DNA of 64,000 nt from Naegleria gruberi (lineage: Eukaryota). Numbering within the stretch: position 1 is the stretch's first letter; every line of letters starts with the position of its first letter. Position numbers and translations under genes: made by a program. The stretch is from the NCBI GenBank assembly GCA_000004985.1, contig GG738894.1. The stretch is one strand, 5' to 3'. Of this stretch, positions 21,729 through 32,328 are shown one piece after another. The notes under the pieces were generated by a model. It was given only the letters and a program-made list of their open reading frames with translations. It made no database searches and was not told the DNA's origin.

Positions 21729-22472
21729 ATGATTCGACAACTTCAGGTAGCTTTCGGCTTGTTTATTTGCTGTGCATTTCTTCTGCATGTTGCACTGTGC
21801 ATTCCACCTGGACAAGTTGTGAACATTAACAATTGGTATCTTACCCTTCCAATAGGAAGCTATAAGAATCCACAAAACATCTACCAGCCGAATCTAAACA
21901 CATTCGAAAGTGATCCGTATTTTGTTACTGGAAACGATGGAAACAGCATTAGATTTAGAGTTCCAATCCATAAACAAACTGTTACAACATCTGGAAGTAG
22001 TTATCCAAGAACTGAGTTGAGAGAAATGGATTCGTCTAATCCTTCCAAGACGAAAGTTGCTTGGACGAATTCAGATAAAGGAGTTCATACCATGATTATT
22101 GATCAGGCAATCACTCACCTCCCAATCAAGAGAAATCGACTTGCGGCAGGTCAAATCCACGATGACAATGAATTTGTCATTATTATTCAATTGACAGGAA
22201 GTCAACTTTTTGTAAAAACAAATAAGAATGCAAATGCCAAAGTTTTAGATAGTAACTATCAATTAGGCACTAGATTCCTCTTGAAAATCGAAGGATTTGG
22301 TGGAATTACCAATATTTATTATAATGACATGACGAAAGCTGCCTATTCCTATGAATATTCGTATAAGAATGCCTATTTCAAAGCAGGATGTTATTCGCAA
22401 TCAAATTGTGATTATGAACAAGAATTGTGTACAGACACTTCGTTTGTTGAGATTGTTTATGGAAATATTTAA
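21729..22472 (+). CDS. Secreted polysaccharide-lyase family 7 (alginate lyase 2-like) protein
   Basis: Signal peptide, then the three PL7 signature blocks in order: YPRTELREM (R-S/T-E-L-R-E), QIHDD (QIH) and YFKAGCYSQ (YFKAG-V/I-Y-N/S-Q). The 247-aa size fits a single jelly-roll PL7 catalytic module. Confidence 0.6.
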   Translation: MIRQLQVAFGLFICCAFLLHVALCIPPGQVVNINNWYLTLPIGSYKNPQNIYQPNLNTFESDPYFVTGNDGNSIRFRVPIHKQTVTTSGSSYPRTELREMDSSNPSKTKVAWTNSDKGVHTMIIDQAITHLPIKRNRLAAGQIHDDNEFVIIIQLTGSQLFVKTNKNANAKVLDSNYQLGTRFLLKIEGFGGITNIYYNDMTKAAYSYEYSYKNAYFKAGCYSQSNCDYEQELCTDTSFVEIVYGNI

Positions 22473-22543
22473 TATTACGGTACCAAAAAAGTTCTCCATT
22501 CCATTTTCAAACTGTAAAAGGCAAAAAAAACAAAGATAAAAAA

Positions 22544-23254
22544 ATGGCTCAACAAGTCGTCGTCGTTGCTTTTGATTCTCACGCAGGAAACAAACATTTA
22601 ATGTCCTTTTTCATCTTGATGACAATTCTATTGACAATATTTTGTCCAGCAACAAGTGCGGGATTGATCGGAGAAGTGAATTCACAAGAAGAAAATACAA
22701 CAAGTGGAATTTCTATATTGACACTTCCTAATACTCAATCAATTGTTGGAAATTCAACAGTTGCCTTTTCAGTGGTTAAATTATCGACCAAGTATACTTT
22801 GAGTGAAAATGGATTTGTAAGATTGGACCTTAGTGGACTTTTAAGGGGAGATTCGAATTTTAAGGAAATTTACTTGACAAGCGTTTATCCATTTGAATCA
22901 AATTCATTGGAATTTGATTATTCATTCAAGAAGGAAGGTCCTTATTCATCTGCTACTTCAAATATTCCTGCAAGTTCAACAATTATTGCTCAGATTTCAA
23001 TTCCAGAAAGTTTACAATCATCTGCATTTATTTCACTTTATATGGATATTAAGTGTTTACAAACAAAGTGTGATTTCCAGGTTTCTATTGAGGATGGAGT
23101 TTCTGTTGCTATAGGAGCTGTCATTGGCTCCATTCTTGGTGCAATTATTTTGGTAATTATTGGAATTATGGTTTTGGTCATTTGGTTGAGAATTTATTCA
23201 CCAAAATATAGGACTGATGAGGATAAAGTTAAATTAACATCGACACATGTTTAA
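22544..23254 (+). CDS. Type I single-pass membrane glycoprotein, unknown function
   Basis: N-terminal hydrophobic segment, ectodomain of about 170 aa with N-glycosylation sites, TM VAIGAVIGSILGAIILVIIGIMVLVIWL, short cytoplasmic tail. Confidence 0.45.
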   Translation: MAQQVVVVAFDSHAGNKHLMSFFILMTILLTIFCPATSAGLIGEVNSQEENTTSGISILTLPNTQSIVGNSTVAFSVVKLSTKYTLSENGFVRLDLSGLLRGDSNFKEIYLTSVYPFESNSLEFDYSFKKEGPYSSATSNIPASSTIIAQISIPESLQSSAFISLYMDIKCLQTKCDFQVSIEDGVSVAIGAVIGSILGAIILVIIGIMVLVIWLRIYSPKYRTDEDKVKLTSTHV

Positions 23255-23352
23255 GTGTTGGAATTTAAATTATTATCATTTTCAAATATTTTCCAATATT
23301 TTGTAATATTTTGTAATTTTGTAAAATTATTAAATAAATTTAAATATTAAAA

Positions 23353-24197
23353 ATGTCGCAACCAATCATTAGATATGCCTTCCTACATGGTTATGCTTCC
23401 TCTCCAAGCACTCGGAAGGGTATTCATCTCAAGAAATTCTTCTCAGAACATGGCATTGAATTGGTGGTTCCAGATTTGAATATTCCTTCGTTTGAAGAAT
23501 TGACAATTTCAGTGTTTTAAATTATTTGGAAACGGAAATATTATTAGATTGTGATAATGATGGCAAAGAGGTACATAATTTTATGATTTTTCTTTTTAAA
23601 TATTTAAATATTTGATCATCAATTTATTAAAATATTTAAATAATGTTTAAATATTCGGAATTGCTAAATTTCATGATGGAATATTATCATCACTATCAAC
23701 AGATTAAATGGAGATTAATTGCAAGTTCTCTGGGAGGCATGATTGGAACGAGATTTGCTGAGCTTCACCCAGAAAGAGTTGATTCTCTCATTCTCCTTGC
23801 CCCAGCTTTTAATACTGAAAGTAGATGGAGAAGTATTTTGGATATTGAAGAGTGGGAAAGAAATGGAACGAGAGAAATTTATAATTACAAACTTGGATCT
23901 GTGAAACATGTGAAATTTGACATTTTTAAAGATTTAGTTAATCATCCAGCATTTCCCATTCCAAATTGTGTATTAAATCAGGAAGGGAAGGGTATTAAAT
24001 TGTTTATTATACATGGAGAACAAGATGATGTTGTGAAAATTGGCACAACTGATCTGTTTTTGGAAAGATTAGTGGAATTGAACTTTGATTTGGAGAGAAA
24101 TGTTAAAGTTTTCAGAGTTCCAGATGGACATGAACTTGTGAGTGAGGAAACTTTGAATTTGATTGAAAAGTTGGTGTTGGATAATTTACTATTGTAA
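23353..24197 (+). CDS. YqiA/UPF0227-like alpha/beta-hydrolase (esterase), with at least 2 exons
   Basis: Exon 1 MSQPIIRYAFLHGYASSPSTRKG...PDLNIPSFEELTIS. Downstream exon IKWRLIASSLGGMIGTRFAELHPERVDSLILLAP...IIHGEQDDVV matches the YqiA layout (HGF-SSP, GSSLGG nucleophile elbow, C-terminal HG). Intron boundaries between about 23515 and 23700 are not resolved unambiguously. Confidence 0.5.
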
Positions 24198-24350
24198 ATA
24201 AGAGTTTTGGAACTTTAGTTTTCAATCATGTTCACAATATAGATTATTATCACAACAACCAAATAATTTACTTTAAAGGTGATAGAGTGGTAAAACATCA
24301 ATTCCCAAATTTTCATTGCCATGTGATGCAAAGTTTCTGTGAAATTCAGT

Positions 24351-25880
24351 TTACAATTCTTCATAAACTTTTTCATTGTTAATTCCAATTTTCTTCATCA
24401 TTTCAATTTCTTCACTTGATTTCCCATATTGAATTAGTCTTAATGAGAAAATAACTGGCGATTCGACAAGCTGAAGGATCATTCCAGTCAATTGAGCACA
24501 AATCAAATAGAGAAATCCAAAATTTTCCCAAACGAAACCTTTCAACAATTTCGAATCATCTTGGAAACTGTCCCTACAAAAATACAACACCAAGGCACAT
24601 GCAAATCCGCTCACCATTTTGCATCTTTCAATTTGATGCAAAATGTTATTGGTTTGCTCGTCACCACTCCAGAGTTGACTAAACATGTAGTTCAGTAAAT
24701 TGTTTTTTGAGGATTTGACACTTTGAAACACTAAATTGGATCTCAATTTCATGGAATTGAAAAGATTGACATTTGGGGTAACACTGTGAACAAGTAGTGA
24801 GCGACTTGTCAAGAGTAAAATTAAACAACAAATGACAAATAGCAGACATCCAATTCCAAATAATAAGGAAAATGCAATTATCAAGATAATGCACAATATT
24901 CCCAGAGTTAGAGATACTGGATCCATATTAGTTTCTCTAAAAGTTTCCGATTTCTCATAATAATAAGTTTTTTCAGTTCGAGTAATCGTTTTGGTTGATC
25001 TCTTGTCAATTACATCCATAACTTTGGAACAGAATGCAATAATTGGAAAACTAATTGATACAGAAATGACACACAAATCTCTGAGAACAATGATCAAATG
25101 ATGAACTGTTGTGAAAATTGAAAAAATGGTCAACTCAATTCCTTTGTACAAGAAATTGTTAAAAAATAAATGAAAGGGGGAGAACCATCTTCTAGAATCA
25201 AACACCTCCATAAATATTAACTCTGAAATTGTGATATGAACAATATTAGTCATGATTTCCATTAATAGAAAGGTCAGTAATATTTCACTGTAAAGGACGA
25301 ACTTGTCTGCTTGTGAATTGAAGATTGAAAATACCAATAAAACCAATATTACTTGCATAAACAAGCCAAATATTACTAATCCAATCGATTGCTTTAAAAT
25401 CTTCCATGAAAATTTGGTGACATCTGCACTGACATTGAAAACTGACGTTTGTTTGAAAGTTCTAATCAAATCTAATACTAATACAACAAATGAATAAATT
25501 GCCAACAAGCTGAATAACCATTTAGATTGATCATCTTCCAACTTTCCATTGAAAAACATGTAGAAAGCAAACAAACAAAGAGAAGCTCCAAAAAAGAAAC
25601 TTCCAATAAAGTGAATTGTCAAGTAAATGATTCTATCTTTGCAATACAGTTCTATAAAGAACAGAGAAGTGAATACTATTCCTATCAGTATTGAAAAACC
25701 AATAACAGTTTGCAAAATGTCAACAAACAACGAAGCCACAATCTTGTCAACAAGTGTCACGAGTGAAAAATCAACAATTTTACAAGCCAGCAAGTAAATA
25801 ACAATAAAAGCCAAAGGACTTGTACAGATCAACCCTTTGAGAATGATTGTTAGTGCATTAGGAAAGTTTCCAGTTGTCAT
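24351..25880 (-). CDS. Polytopic integral membrane protein of about 12 TM helices, unknown family
   Basis: Continuous ORF. The track start is a TTG, and the first ATG (MTTGNFPNAL) at 25880 has an A-rich context. Hydrophobic helices throughout; no recognisable transporter signature. Confidence 0.45.
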   Translation of the reverse strand: MTTGNFPNALTIILKGLICTSPLAFIVIYLLACKIVDFSLVTLVDKIVASLFVDILQTVIGFSILIGIVFTSLFFIELYCKDRIIYLTIHFIGSFFFGASLCLFAFYMFFNGKLEDDQSKWLFSLLAIYSFVVLVLDLIRTFKQTSVFNVSADVTKFSWKILKQSIGLVIFGLFMQVILVLLVFSIFNSQADKFVLYSEILLTFLLMEIMTNIVHITISELIFMEVFDSRRWFSPFHLFFNNFLYKGIELTIFSIFTTVHHLIIVLRDLCVISVSISFPIIAFCSKVMDVIDKRSTKTITRTEKTYYYEKSETFRETNMDPVSLTLGILCIILIIAFSLLFGIGCLLFVICCLILLLTSRSLLVHSVTPNVNLFNSMKLRSNLVFQSVKSSKNNLLNYMFSQLWSGDEQTNNILHQIERCKMVSGFACALVLYFCRDSFQDDSKLLKGFVWENFGFLYLICAQLTGMILQLVESPVIFSLRLIQYGKSSEEIEMMKKIGINNEKVYEEL

Positions 25881-26076
25881 ATTTTTTTTCTTATTGAATT
25901 TCAAAACGTGAAAACGTGATTAAACACAATCAAACTATTCTCCAATATCCACTCTATCTCATTCCAATCTCAAATCCACTTCCTTCCCTTCAAACTTCAT
26001 CTCAAAATCATCTCAATTTCCAAAATAGCCGTTACAAAAAAATCAAAAAAAAACATAAATTTCAACTCAAAAAAAA

Positions 26077-27783
26077 ATGAAAAGAACAAAGAGGGACGAT
26101 CCTGTTGCTCTCGTCATTGATTTGGCATCATCATCATCGGACGAAGAAGAAGAAGAAGAGGAACAGCAAAAGGAACAACAATCAAATAAAATTAGATGCA
26201 CAAATTGCCGTAAAGGGCACTCCAAATGTTCATCTCTGCAGGACGGAATTTTTCCATGCAAAAGATGTAAGGATAAGAAGAAGGAATGTATTCCAGTGAA
26301 TTTTAAAAGAGGTATGAAGGAATCCGACTCTAAAACATCATCAAAATCTTCAAAATCTCCATCATCAAAATCATCAGCGAGTGGAAAATCAAACAACAAG
26401 AAAAATTCATCAAGTCAAACATCATCTTCATCATCAATAGTACAAACAGTTGTTAAAAAGGAAGAGGAACCAAAGAAGAAACGAAAAGTGGTGAAGGATG
26501 AATCCGATGATAGTCCAACAAGTAAGCCACTTCTCACCAATCTGAATGGTCACTCACAACACGATCAAATCGAACCATTCGATGAGACAACTTATAACAA
26601 TTTTGAAAGATATTCGGAGAGATTATTGGAAGTAACATCTGATGATGGAAGATCGAATACTACTTCCTTCATTAACAATAATAATAATAATAACAATAAT
26701 AATAGTATGAATATATTTCTTGCTAGGATGCCTAATGGAGATTTAAACTTGATGAGAGCTCCATCACTTCTTCAATCCAAAATAATGTTGGAGAAAATGG
26801 TTGCAGAACCTGAAACTGCAATGATTTATCAGTATGATGGTCCTCTGTGTTTTGGATTTTCTCCCACTGTTAGACCTCTAGCATCTGCAGAACAGTACAT
26901 GATTAATCAAGTCAGTACTTTATCAAAATCTAGGGATACTCTACTTCATCAACATTTTGTGGAAAACTACAAGAAGAATCACATGCTTGATTGTAAATTT
27001 AGAGTTTATGATGTGGAATCGAAAACTGAGGTCGATTTGGAATGTCACTCTGCTGTTGTACTTTCCTTTAGTCCTTATCTGAGATCTCTCGTCAAACCAA
27101 CAGCGACTCAACCAGTATTTAAATTTGGAAACAAATTTCACTATGTAAATAAGAATGCACTGTTAAATATTATCGAATTTCTCTATCTAGGAAAGAAAAT
27201 TGCTGGGAGTATGGATGAACTGTTTGATATTGTACTTTGCTCAATTTTGATGGACATTGAAGAAGTCAAGTATGCAGCATGTCTCACTATTATTACTAAA
27301 TTATTCAAGGAAGGTCAAATTGCACCACTCAAACCTAAAAGAGCTGCCAAAATAGTTGGAGTTTTACATTTTGCAGATGAACACTTTTTGCAATTACTCA
27401 TTCAAGCAATTTTCAATAGGATCGTGAGAGAAGATGTTGGAGAAGAATTGAAACAACATGGATTGAGTAAACATTTATTAGAAAAACTGAGAAGTTGGCA
27501 AGAATATCGAGATGGAGTTGTGTGGAATGAAGAAGGACTCACTAAGGATGTCTCTATGAAACTTGACAATAATACCCTCTCAACCAAAACATGGCACAAA
27601 TTGACCAAAACTGCCTACCCAAACAGACAATACTGTCAATCGAAAGAAGATCTCAAAGAAGTCATCATTTCCGAGCAAATAGAACACGACCTAAAGAAAG
27701 CTAAAGAAGCAACAAACTCTCAATCATTAAGCAGCCCTAAAAAATCCATTCACAAACGTGTTGTTTCTAATCAACTTTTGTAA
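26077..27783 (+). CDS. Putative transcription factor with an N-terminal Zn2Cys6 binuclear cluster and a central BTB/POZ-like domain. Intronless, 568 aa.
   Basis: CTNCRKGHSKCSSLQDGIFPCKRCKDKKKEC fits C-x2-C-x6-C-x(5-12)-C-x2-C-x6-C. Poly-Ser/Glu and poly-Asn linkers. Residues about 300-400 (DLECHSAVVLSFSPYLRSL...ALLNIIEFLYLGK...LFDIVLCSILMDIEEV) align with the BTB core. Confidence 0.65.
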   Translation: MKRTKRDDPVALVIDLASSSSDEEEEEEEQQKEQQSNKIRCTNCRKGHSKCSSLQDGIFPCKRCKDKKKECIPVNFKRGMKESDSKTSSKSSKSPSSKSSASGKSNNKKNSSSQTSSSSSIVQTVVKKEEEPKKKRKVVKDESDDSPTSKPLLTNLNGHSQHDQIEPFDETTYNNFERYSERLLEVTSDDGRSNTTSFINNNNNNNNNNSMNIFLARMPNGDLNLMRAPSLLQSKIMLEKMVAEPETAMIYQYDGPLCFGFSPTVRPLASAEQYMINQVSTLSKSRDTLLHQHFVENYKKNHMLDCKFRVYDVESKTEVDLECHSAVVLSFSPYLRSLVKPTATQPVFKFGNKFHYVNKNALLNIIEFLYLGKKIAGSMDELFDIVLCSILMDIEEVKYAACLTIITKLFKEGQIAPLKPKRAAKIVGVLHFADEHFLQLLIQAIFNRIVREDVGEELKQHGLSKHLLEKLRSWQEYRDGVVWNEEGLTKDVSMKLDNNTLSTKTWHKLTKTAYPNRQYCQSKEDLKEVIISEQIEHDLKKAKEATNSQSLSSPKKSIHKRVVSNQLL

Positions 27784-28015
27784 ATATTAATGTATTTACA
27801 ACCATGACGAGCTATAGTATTATTCAACTCATTATCTTACGACATTTCCGATCTCTATTTGTTCTATTCATCCTTGATGATGCACCAAGAATCTCTCTTC
27901 TTCGCACATTATTATCAATTTGCTGTACGACAAGTCCTCGTACATTGCATTCATCAACATACATGATGAGAAAGAGGACAAATATTAATAATCAATTAGA
28001 AAAAATTCCTTCCAC

Positions 28016-30078
28016 TTGCACAATATAGAGATGAAGTATCAAAGAAACAAGTTACTGTCATTATGTTTATTGGCCATTGTTGGATTAATGTTCATGATAG
28101 GAGGATTGAATGGACAGAAGGATTGTCCCTCCTATCGTTCCAAACACTACTTTCCAAGGATGAGATATGAAAATGATGGCACCACCACTCGATCGGAATA
28201 TTTGACAATGAGGGATGGTGTAAAGATTGCCTGTGATTTATATTTGCCATACAGGGCTGTTAATGAAAATCACAGATTGCCAACATTGTTGCACGTGACC
28301 AGATATTACAGATCTTACAAGGTGAATTGGCCATTTAATTATCTTGTTGGAGATAAGATTAGTATTAATGGAATTCCATTCCCAAAATTCTTGGCTCGTG
28401 GATATGCCATTGTTAGTTGCGATACTAGGTATGTTTTACATATAATATAACTTATTAACATAGTATCAAAAGAGGTTCTGGTGTTAGTTTCGGAAAGAGA
28501 TTATACGATTTCCACAGAGATGAAGTTCAAGATTTCAAGGAAGTTCTCGATTGGATTACCAAACAAAAGTTCAGTAATGGAAAGATTGTTTCTACTGGTA
28601 TTTCGTATGATGGCATGGTCACTGATTTCTTGACCTCTTTGAATCATCCAGCTTTGGTTGCTGTTTCTTCAATTTCAGGACCATTCGATATCTATAGGGA
28701 TACAATCTATCCTGGTGGTATTTATCAAAAGTCATTTATTGATTATTATTTGAAATTTACACAAACTGTCGAGTCTGGAGAGATGATTACTAGATCTGAT
28801 TTGTGTGCTGGTTGTGCTCCAGAAACACTCAAGGAAAAGATTATGGACAAGTTGGCTAAACTTCTCCTCGGTGGTGTTAACCCTGTGGATTCCAATGATT
28901 TGGAAACTATGAGAAAAGCCATTGAATCACACAAGGACTCTACTGACATGTTGGATGTTGTTCATCATCTTGAAAAAGGTATCAATAAGATTGTTACCAC
29001 AGACAAGTTCACCTATGAAATGGAAAGAGATGGACCAATGAGAGTCATTGCTGATAATAAGAAGAGAATTCCAATATTAGTATTTGGTGGCTATTATGAA
29101 AGTATGGTTTTGAATAGTGTTGTAAAAAGATTCTACTCTTTATATCACAAGGACAGCAGATTGATTATGGGACCTTACAATCACGGTCTCAAGGTAATCA
29201 ACTCACCTTACTCAGAAACCACCACACCATGTTTTGATGCCTTTGAGGAAATTATGAGATTCTTTGATCATCATTTAGGATTGGAGGAAGATCTTGGACT
29301 CGAAAATGAAAAACAAGTTCACTACTATTCTATTGGATCTGAAAAGTGGTTCTCAGTTGACAGTTGGCCACCAAAAGCTGAAGAGAAGGTTTTACATTTG
29401 AGTAATGCTGGAGCCCTCGTATCCGAGAAGACTGAATTGAATCATGTTTTAAAGCTTAATATGGAGGAAGAAACACTCATTGACTGTAAGTGGAATATGT
29501 TAACTTCACTCTTCCAAAAAGCTACCAAATACTCTGCAACCTTGTCCTCTCCTCAATTCTCCAATGGAAAGCTCAATTATATCTCACAACCATTGAGTGA
29601 AGATTTGGAAATTACTGGTTATCCTCACCTCACTGTTGAATTATCTGCCAACAATCGTGATGGATTGATTTTTGCCTATTTGCAAGAAGTTGACACCAAG
29701 GGAACTGTTAACTTTGTCATGGATACTCAATTGAGACTCGTCCATCGTAAATTGAATTTACACAGAAATACCAGTGGACTCATTGATGTAGTTCCACATC
29801 ATACCTTCTACGTGGAGGATCGTCAATATTTAGAACCAAACCAAAAGACCACCATTCAATTATACTTCCCAGCTGTTTCCTACACTGTCAAGAAGGGTCA
29901 CTCTCTCAAGCTTTCCCTCTTCTCATTCGATAAGATTAACTTTAAGATTTTTGAGAATGAATCTGATCTTTCCAGTGAGCTCTTCCTTCACAGTGCCTCT
30001 CTCCATCTTCCAATCGTTCACTCTCGTCCAGAATCTTCTTCTTTACATTCTGATAATTCTAATAAGGATGAGCTCTAA
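28016..30078 (+). CDS. CocE/NonD-family (peptidase S15, Xaa-Pro dipeptidyl-peptidase-like) hydrolase, two exons
   Basis: Exon 1 28016-28428, a 44-nt GTATGT...AG intron at 28429-28472, exon 2 to 30078. Splice restores ...CDTRGSGVSFG. GISYDGM nucleophile motif (GxSxG), N-terminal signal/TM anchor, long C-terminal beta-sandwich region as in CocE/NonD. Confidence 0.7.
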
Positions 30079-30177
30079 AATAAAACAATTTGTCATCATT
30101 CCCTTAGTATTAAATAGTGGATGCATTACAGTTCATCTCTCTCTTCTGAGGGATTCTCACAGACAGTTCAAAAAAAA

Positions 30178-32046
30178 ATGCAGGAACAAACAACAGCAAA
30201 AGATCATGTTCTATCTGTTCTTGAAGAACAACAGCAAGATTATGCTACTACTGTTAAATCTTCATCATTTACTGCTGTTAGTCATGATGAAGAAGATTTT
30301 CACTTGTTTGAAAGAAAAAAGAAGAAACGAAAAGAAAATTCTGATTTATTAATTCTTCTATCGGAAGAAAGTGATGAATTTGATGGTGGATGGTTGAGAT
30401 TGAAGGATGAATGGATGATTGTGTTGGAATTTCTTCCGATTGGAAGCATTCTCATGTTGGCCATGACTAGGAAAGCCAATTATGGATGGATTTGTGGATA
30501 TGTGAGGAGGATGGCAAGATTATTGATTGAGAAGGGATTGGGAGGAAGGTTTTCAATTACTAAAATGTTGAGAATGAAGAAAAAGATGCATGTTGATTCG
30601 AATAATTTTAAACAAGTTTATGAAGTGTTTAAAGAGATTAGTTTGAGAAATGGATCATTAACTGAATTGAGTCATGGTTTTTTATTTAATGGTATTCATT
30701 TTGAACAGTTATACCATTTATTGGATATTAGAAAGAGTTTGGGACATTTGGATGAATTGACTGTCGAAACTGTTTGTCTTCCAAAGAAGGAAATTCTATC
30801 ATTTGAAAGAATTTTCCTTAAGAAACAAATTAAGGACATTCCTATAGGTTACGAATTGAAAAATTTGGAATTAATTATTGAATATTCAGAGTATGGAGTT
30901 CAAACTCTTTACAAAATTCTTGCAAAATGCAGAAATTTAGAAAGTTGTCAAATTCAAGTTGACGAAAACTCTAAAAAAACCACACATCTCTATTCTGATG
31001 ATACATTTGATGAAAATTACATTCATGTACCTCTAATGAATAATCTTAAACATTTAGATGTGGATTCATTTGAAGAAGACCCACAATTCATGTTTGACTT
31101 GTTGAAATTTTGTCCAAACTTGGAAACATTGCATTATGCATGTGAAGCAACACCAAAAGATGAGTTTTTGAAATTTGTATCTGAAATGTGTCCAAAACTG
31201 AGAAGAATGACCATTCAGTCTGAGTATAGTAGAATTACTGATGATGCACTTGTTGATTTTTTAACACGACAAAAAGAAATGGAATACTTAGATATAAGAC
31301 CAACTCCAATGATTAGTGGAAAGGTATTTAAACACTTGGATCAATTTGAAAAGCTTAAATATTTGAGAATTCGTAGGTGTCTTCATTATGCAAGTATTGC
31401 TCCTCAATTGGTCGATGATTTTCAATTAGGATCAAGACCATTGCCCAATCTACATTATTTGGATATTGGAAATAATTATAGATTCTCTACTCATGTGAAA
31501 TTTGATCGATTTGAAAATAGTTTAAAGCTAGTAGCTCCAAATTTGAAAGACTTTTATGAAATGGACAAAACGTCAATTCTCGAGCTCTATGCGACTACTT
31601 TAGAGACAACCATTGGTACTTTGACTAATCTATCTGAATTGCATTTATGCACAAATTTAAAAAGGGTAGTTCTCCAAATTCCTGAAAATAGCAAATTTGA
31701 TGGCATTCCTGTTTGTCCACATGTGATTGAGTTGAAATTTCATTTTAATTACTATTTGGATAGTACAGTCTTGTTGCAACTTGCCAGAATATTTCCATCT
31801 GTGGAGGTGCTTGATATTTCGTTTTGTGGAGATTCATTTGTGGAATTATTGAAAAATTCATCATTTTGGCCGAAACTAGTTTATTTGAAGGTTTCACCAA
31901 CAAGAAAGGAGAAATTAATCAACATTGACAATGCTAGACCAAGCATCTACATTGAAGGATTTCAATTTCCAATCATTCCTAACACTTTTAATTATTTATG
32001 GCTAGAAAGAGATTTAAATGTTAGAAATGAATATTTCTTGACATGA
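30178..32046 (+). CDS. Leucine-rich-repeat protein (F-box/LRR-like, cysteine-containing LRRs)
   Basis: ATG in an A9 context. Repeated L..L.L..C..I(T/S)D blocks (CPNLETLHYAC, CPKLRRMTIQSEYSRITDDAL, etc.). Confidence 0.45.
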   Translation: MQEQTTAKDHVLSVLEEQQQDYATTVKSSSFTAVSHDEEDFHLFERKKKKRKENSDLLILLSEESDEFDGGWLRLKDEWMIVLEFLPIGSILMLAMTRKANYGWICGYVRRMARLLIEKGLGGRFSITKMLRMKKKMHVDSNNFKQVYEVFKEISLRNGSLTELSHGFLFNGIHFEQLYHLLDIRKSLGHLDELTVETVCLPKKEILSFERIFLKKQIKDIPIGYELKNLELIIEYSEYGVQTLYKILAKCRNLESCQIQVDENSKKTTHLYSDDTFDENYIHVPLMNNLKHLDVDSFEEDPQFMFDLLKFCPNLETLHYACEATPKDEFLKFVSEMCPKLRRMTIQSEYSRITDDALVDFLTRQKEMEYLDIRPTPMISGKVFKHLDQFEKLKYLRIRRCLHYASIAPQLVDDFQLGSRPLPNLHYLDIGNNYRFSTHVKFDRFENSLKLVAPNLKDFYEMDKTSILELYATTLETTIGTLTNLSELHLCTNLKRVVLQIPENSKFDGIPVCPHVIELKFHFNYYLDSTVLLQLARIFPSVEVLDISFCGDSFVELLKNSSFWPKLVYLKVSPTRKEKLINIDNARPSIYIEGFQFPIIPNTFNYLWLERDLNVRNEYFLT

Positions 32047-32328
32047 TTTTGTAACCAGAATGTTATCCAACTAGCCTCCTACCAATTTCCTAAAGTTTCC
32101 GAGCTTTGTTATTTTTCATCCCACAAGTTGTTTCTAACTCAACTGATGGTGTGCAATCAACACTTTTCAACAAATTCATCAAGAAGAAAAATCATGTCTT
32201 ATTCAAAAAACAGGCATGGAAAGGAATTTACCAATCCATTCTGCATCTCTTATTGGAATGTTGTAATCACAACACAATGTTTTAAAACCGAATTAAATTT
32301 GATGACGGAACGTGCCAAGAACACACAT

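Noticed and set aside
24351-25904. ORF-track start codons at 25904, 4662, 55965, 56992, 59331 and 49603
   Set aside because: These positions are TTG on the coding strand, so the track allows alternative starts. For a eukaryote the first in-frame ATG with an A-rich context was used instead: 25880, 4602, 56965 and 59316.
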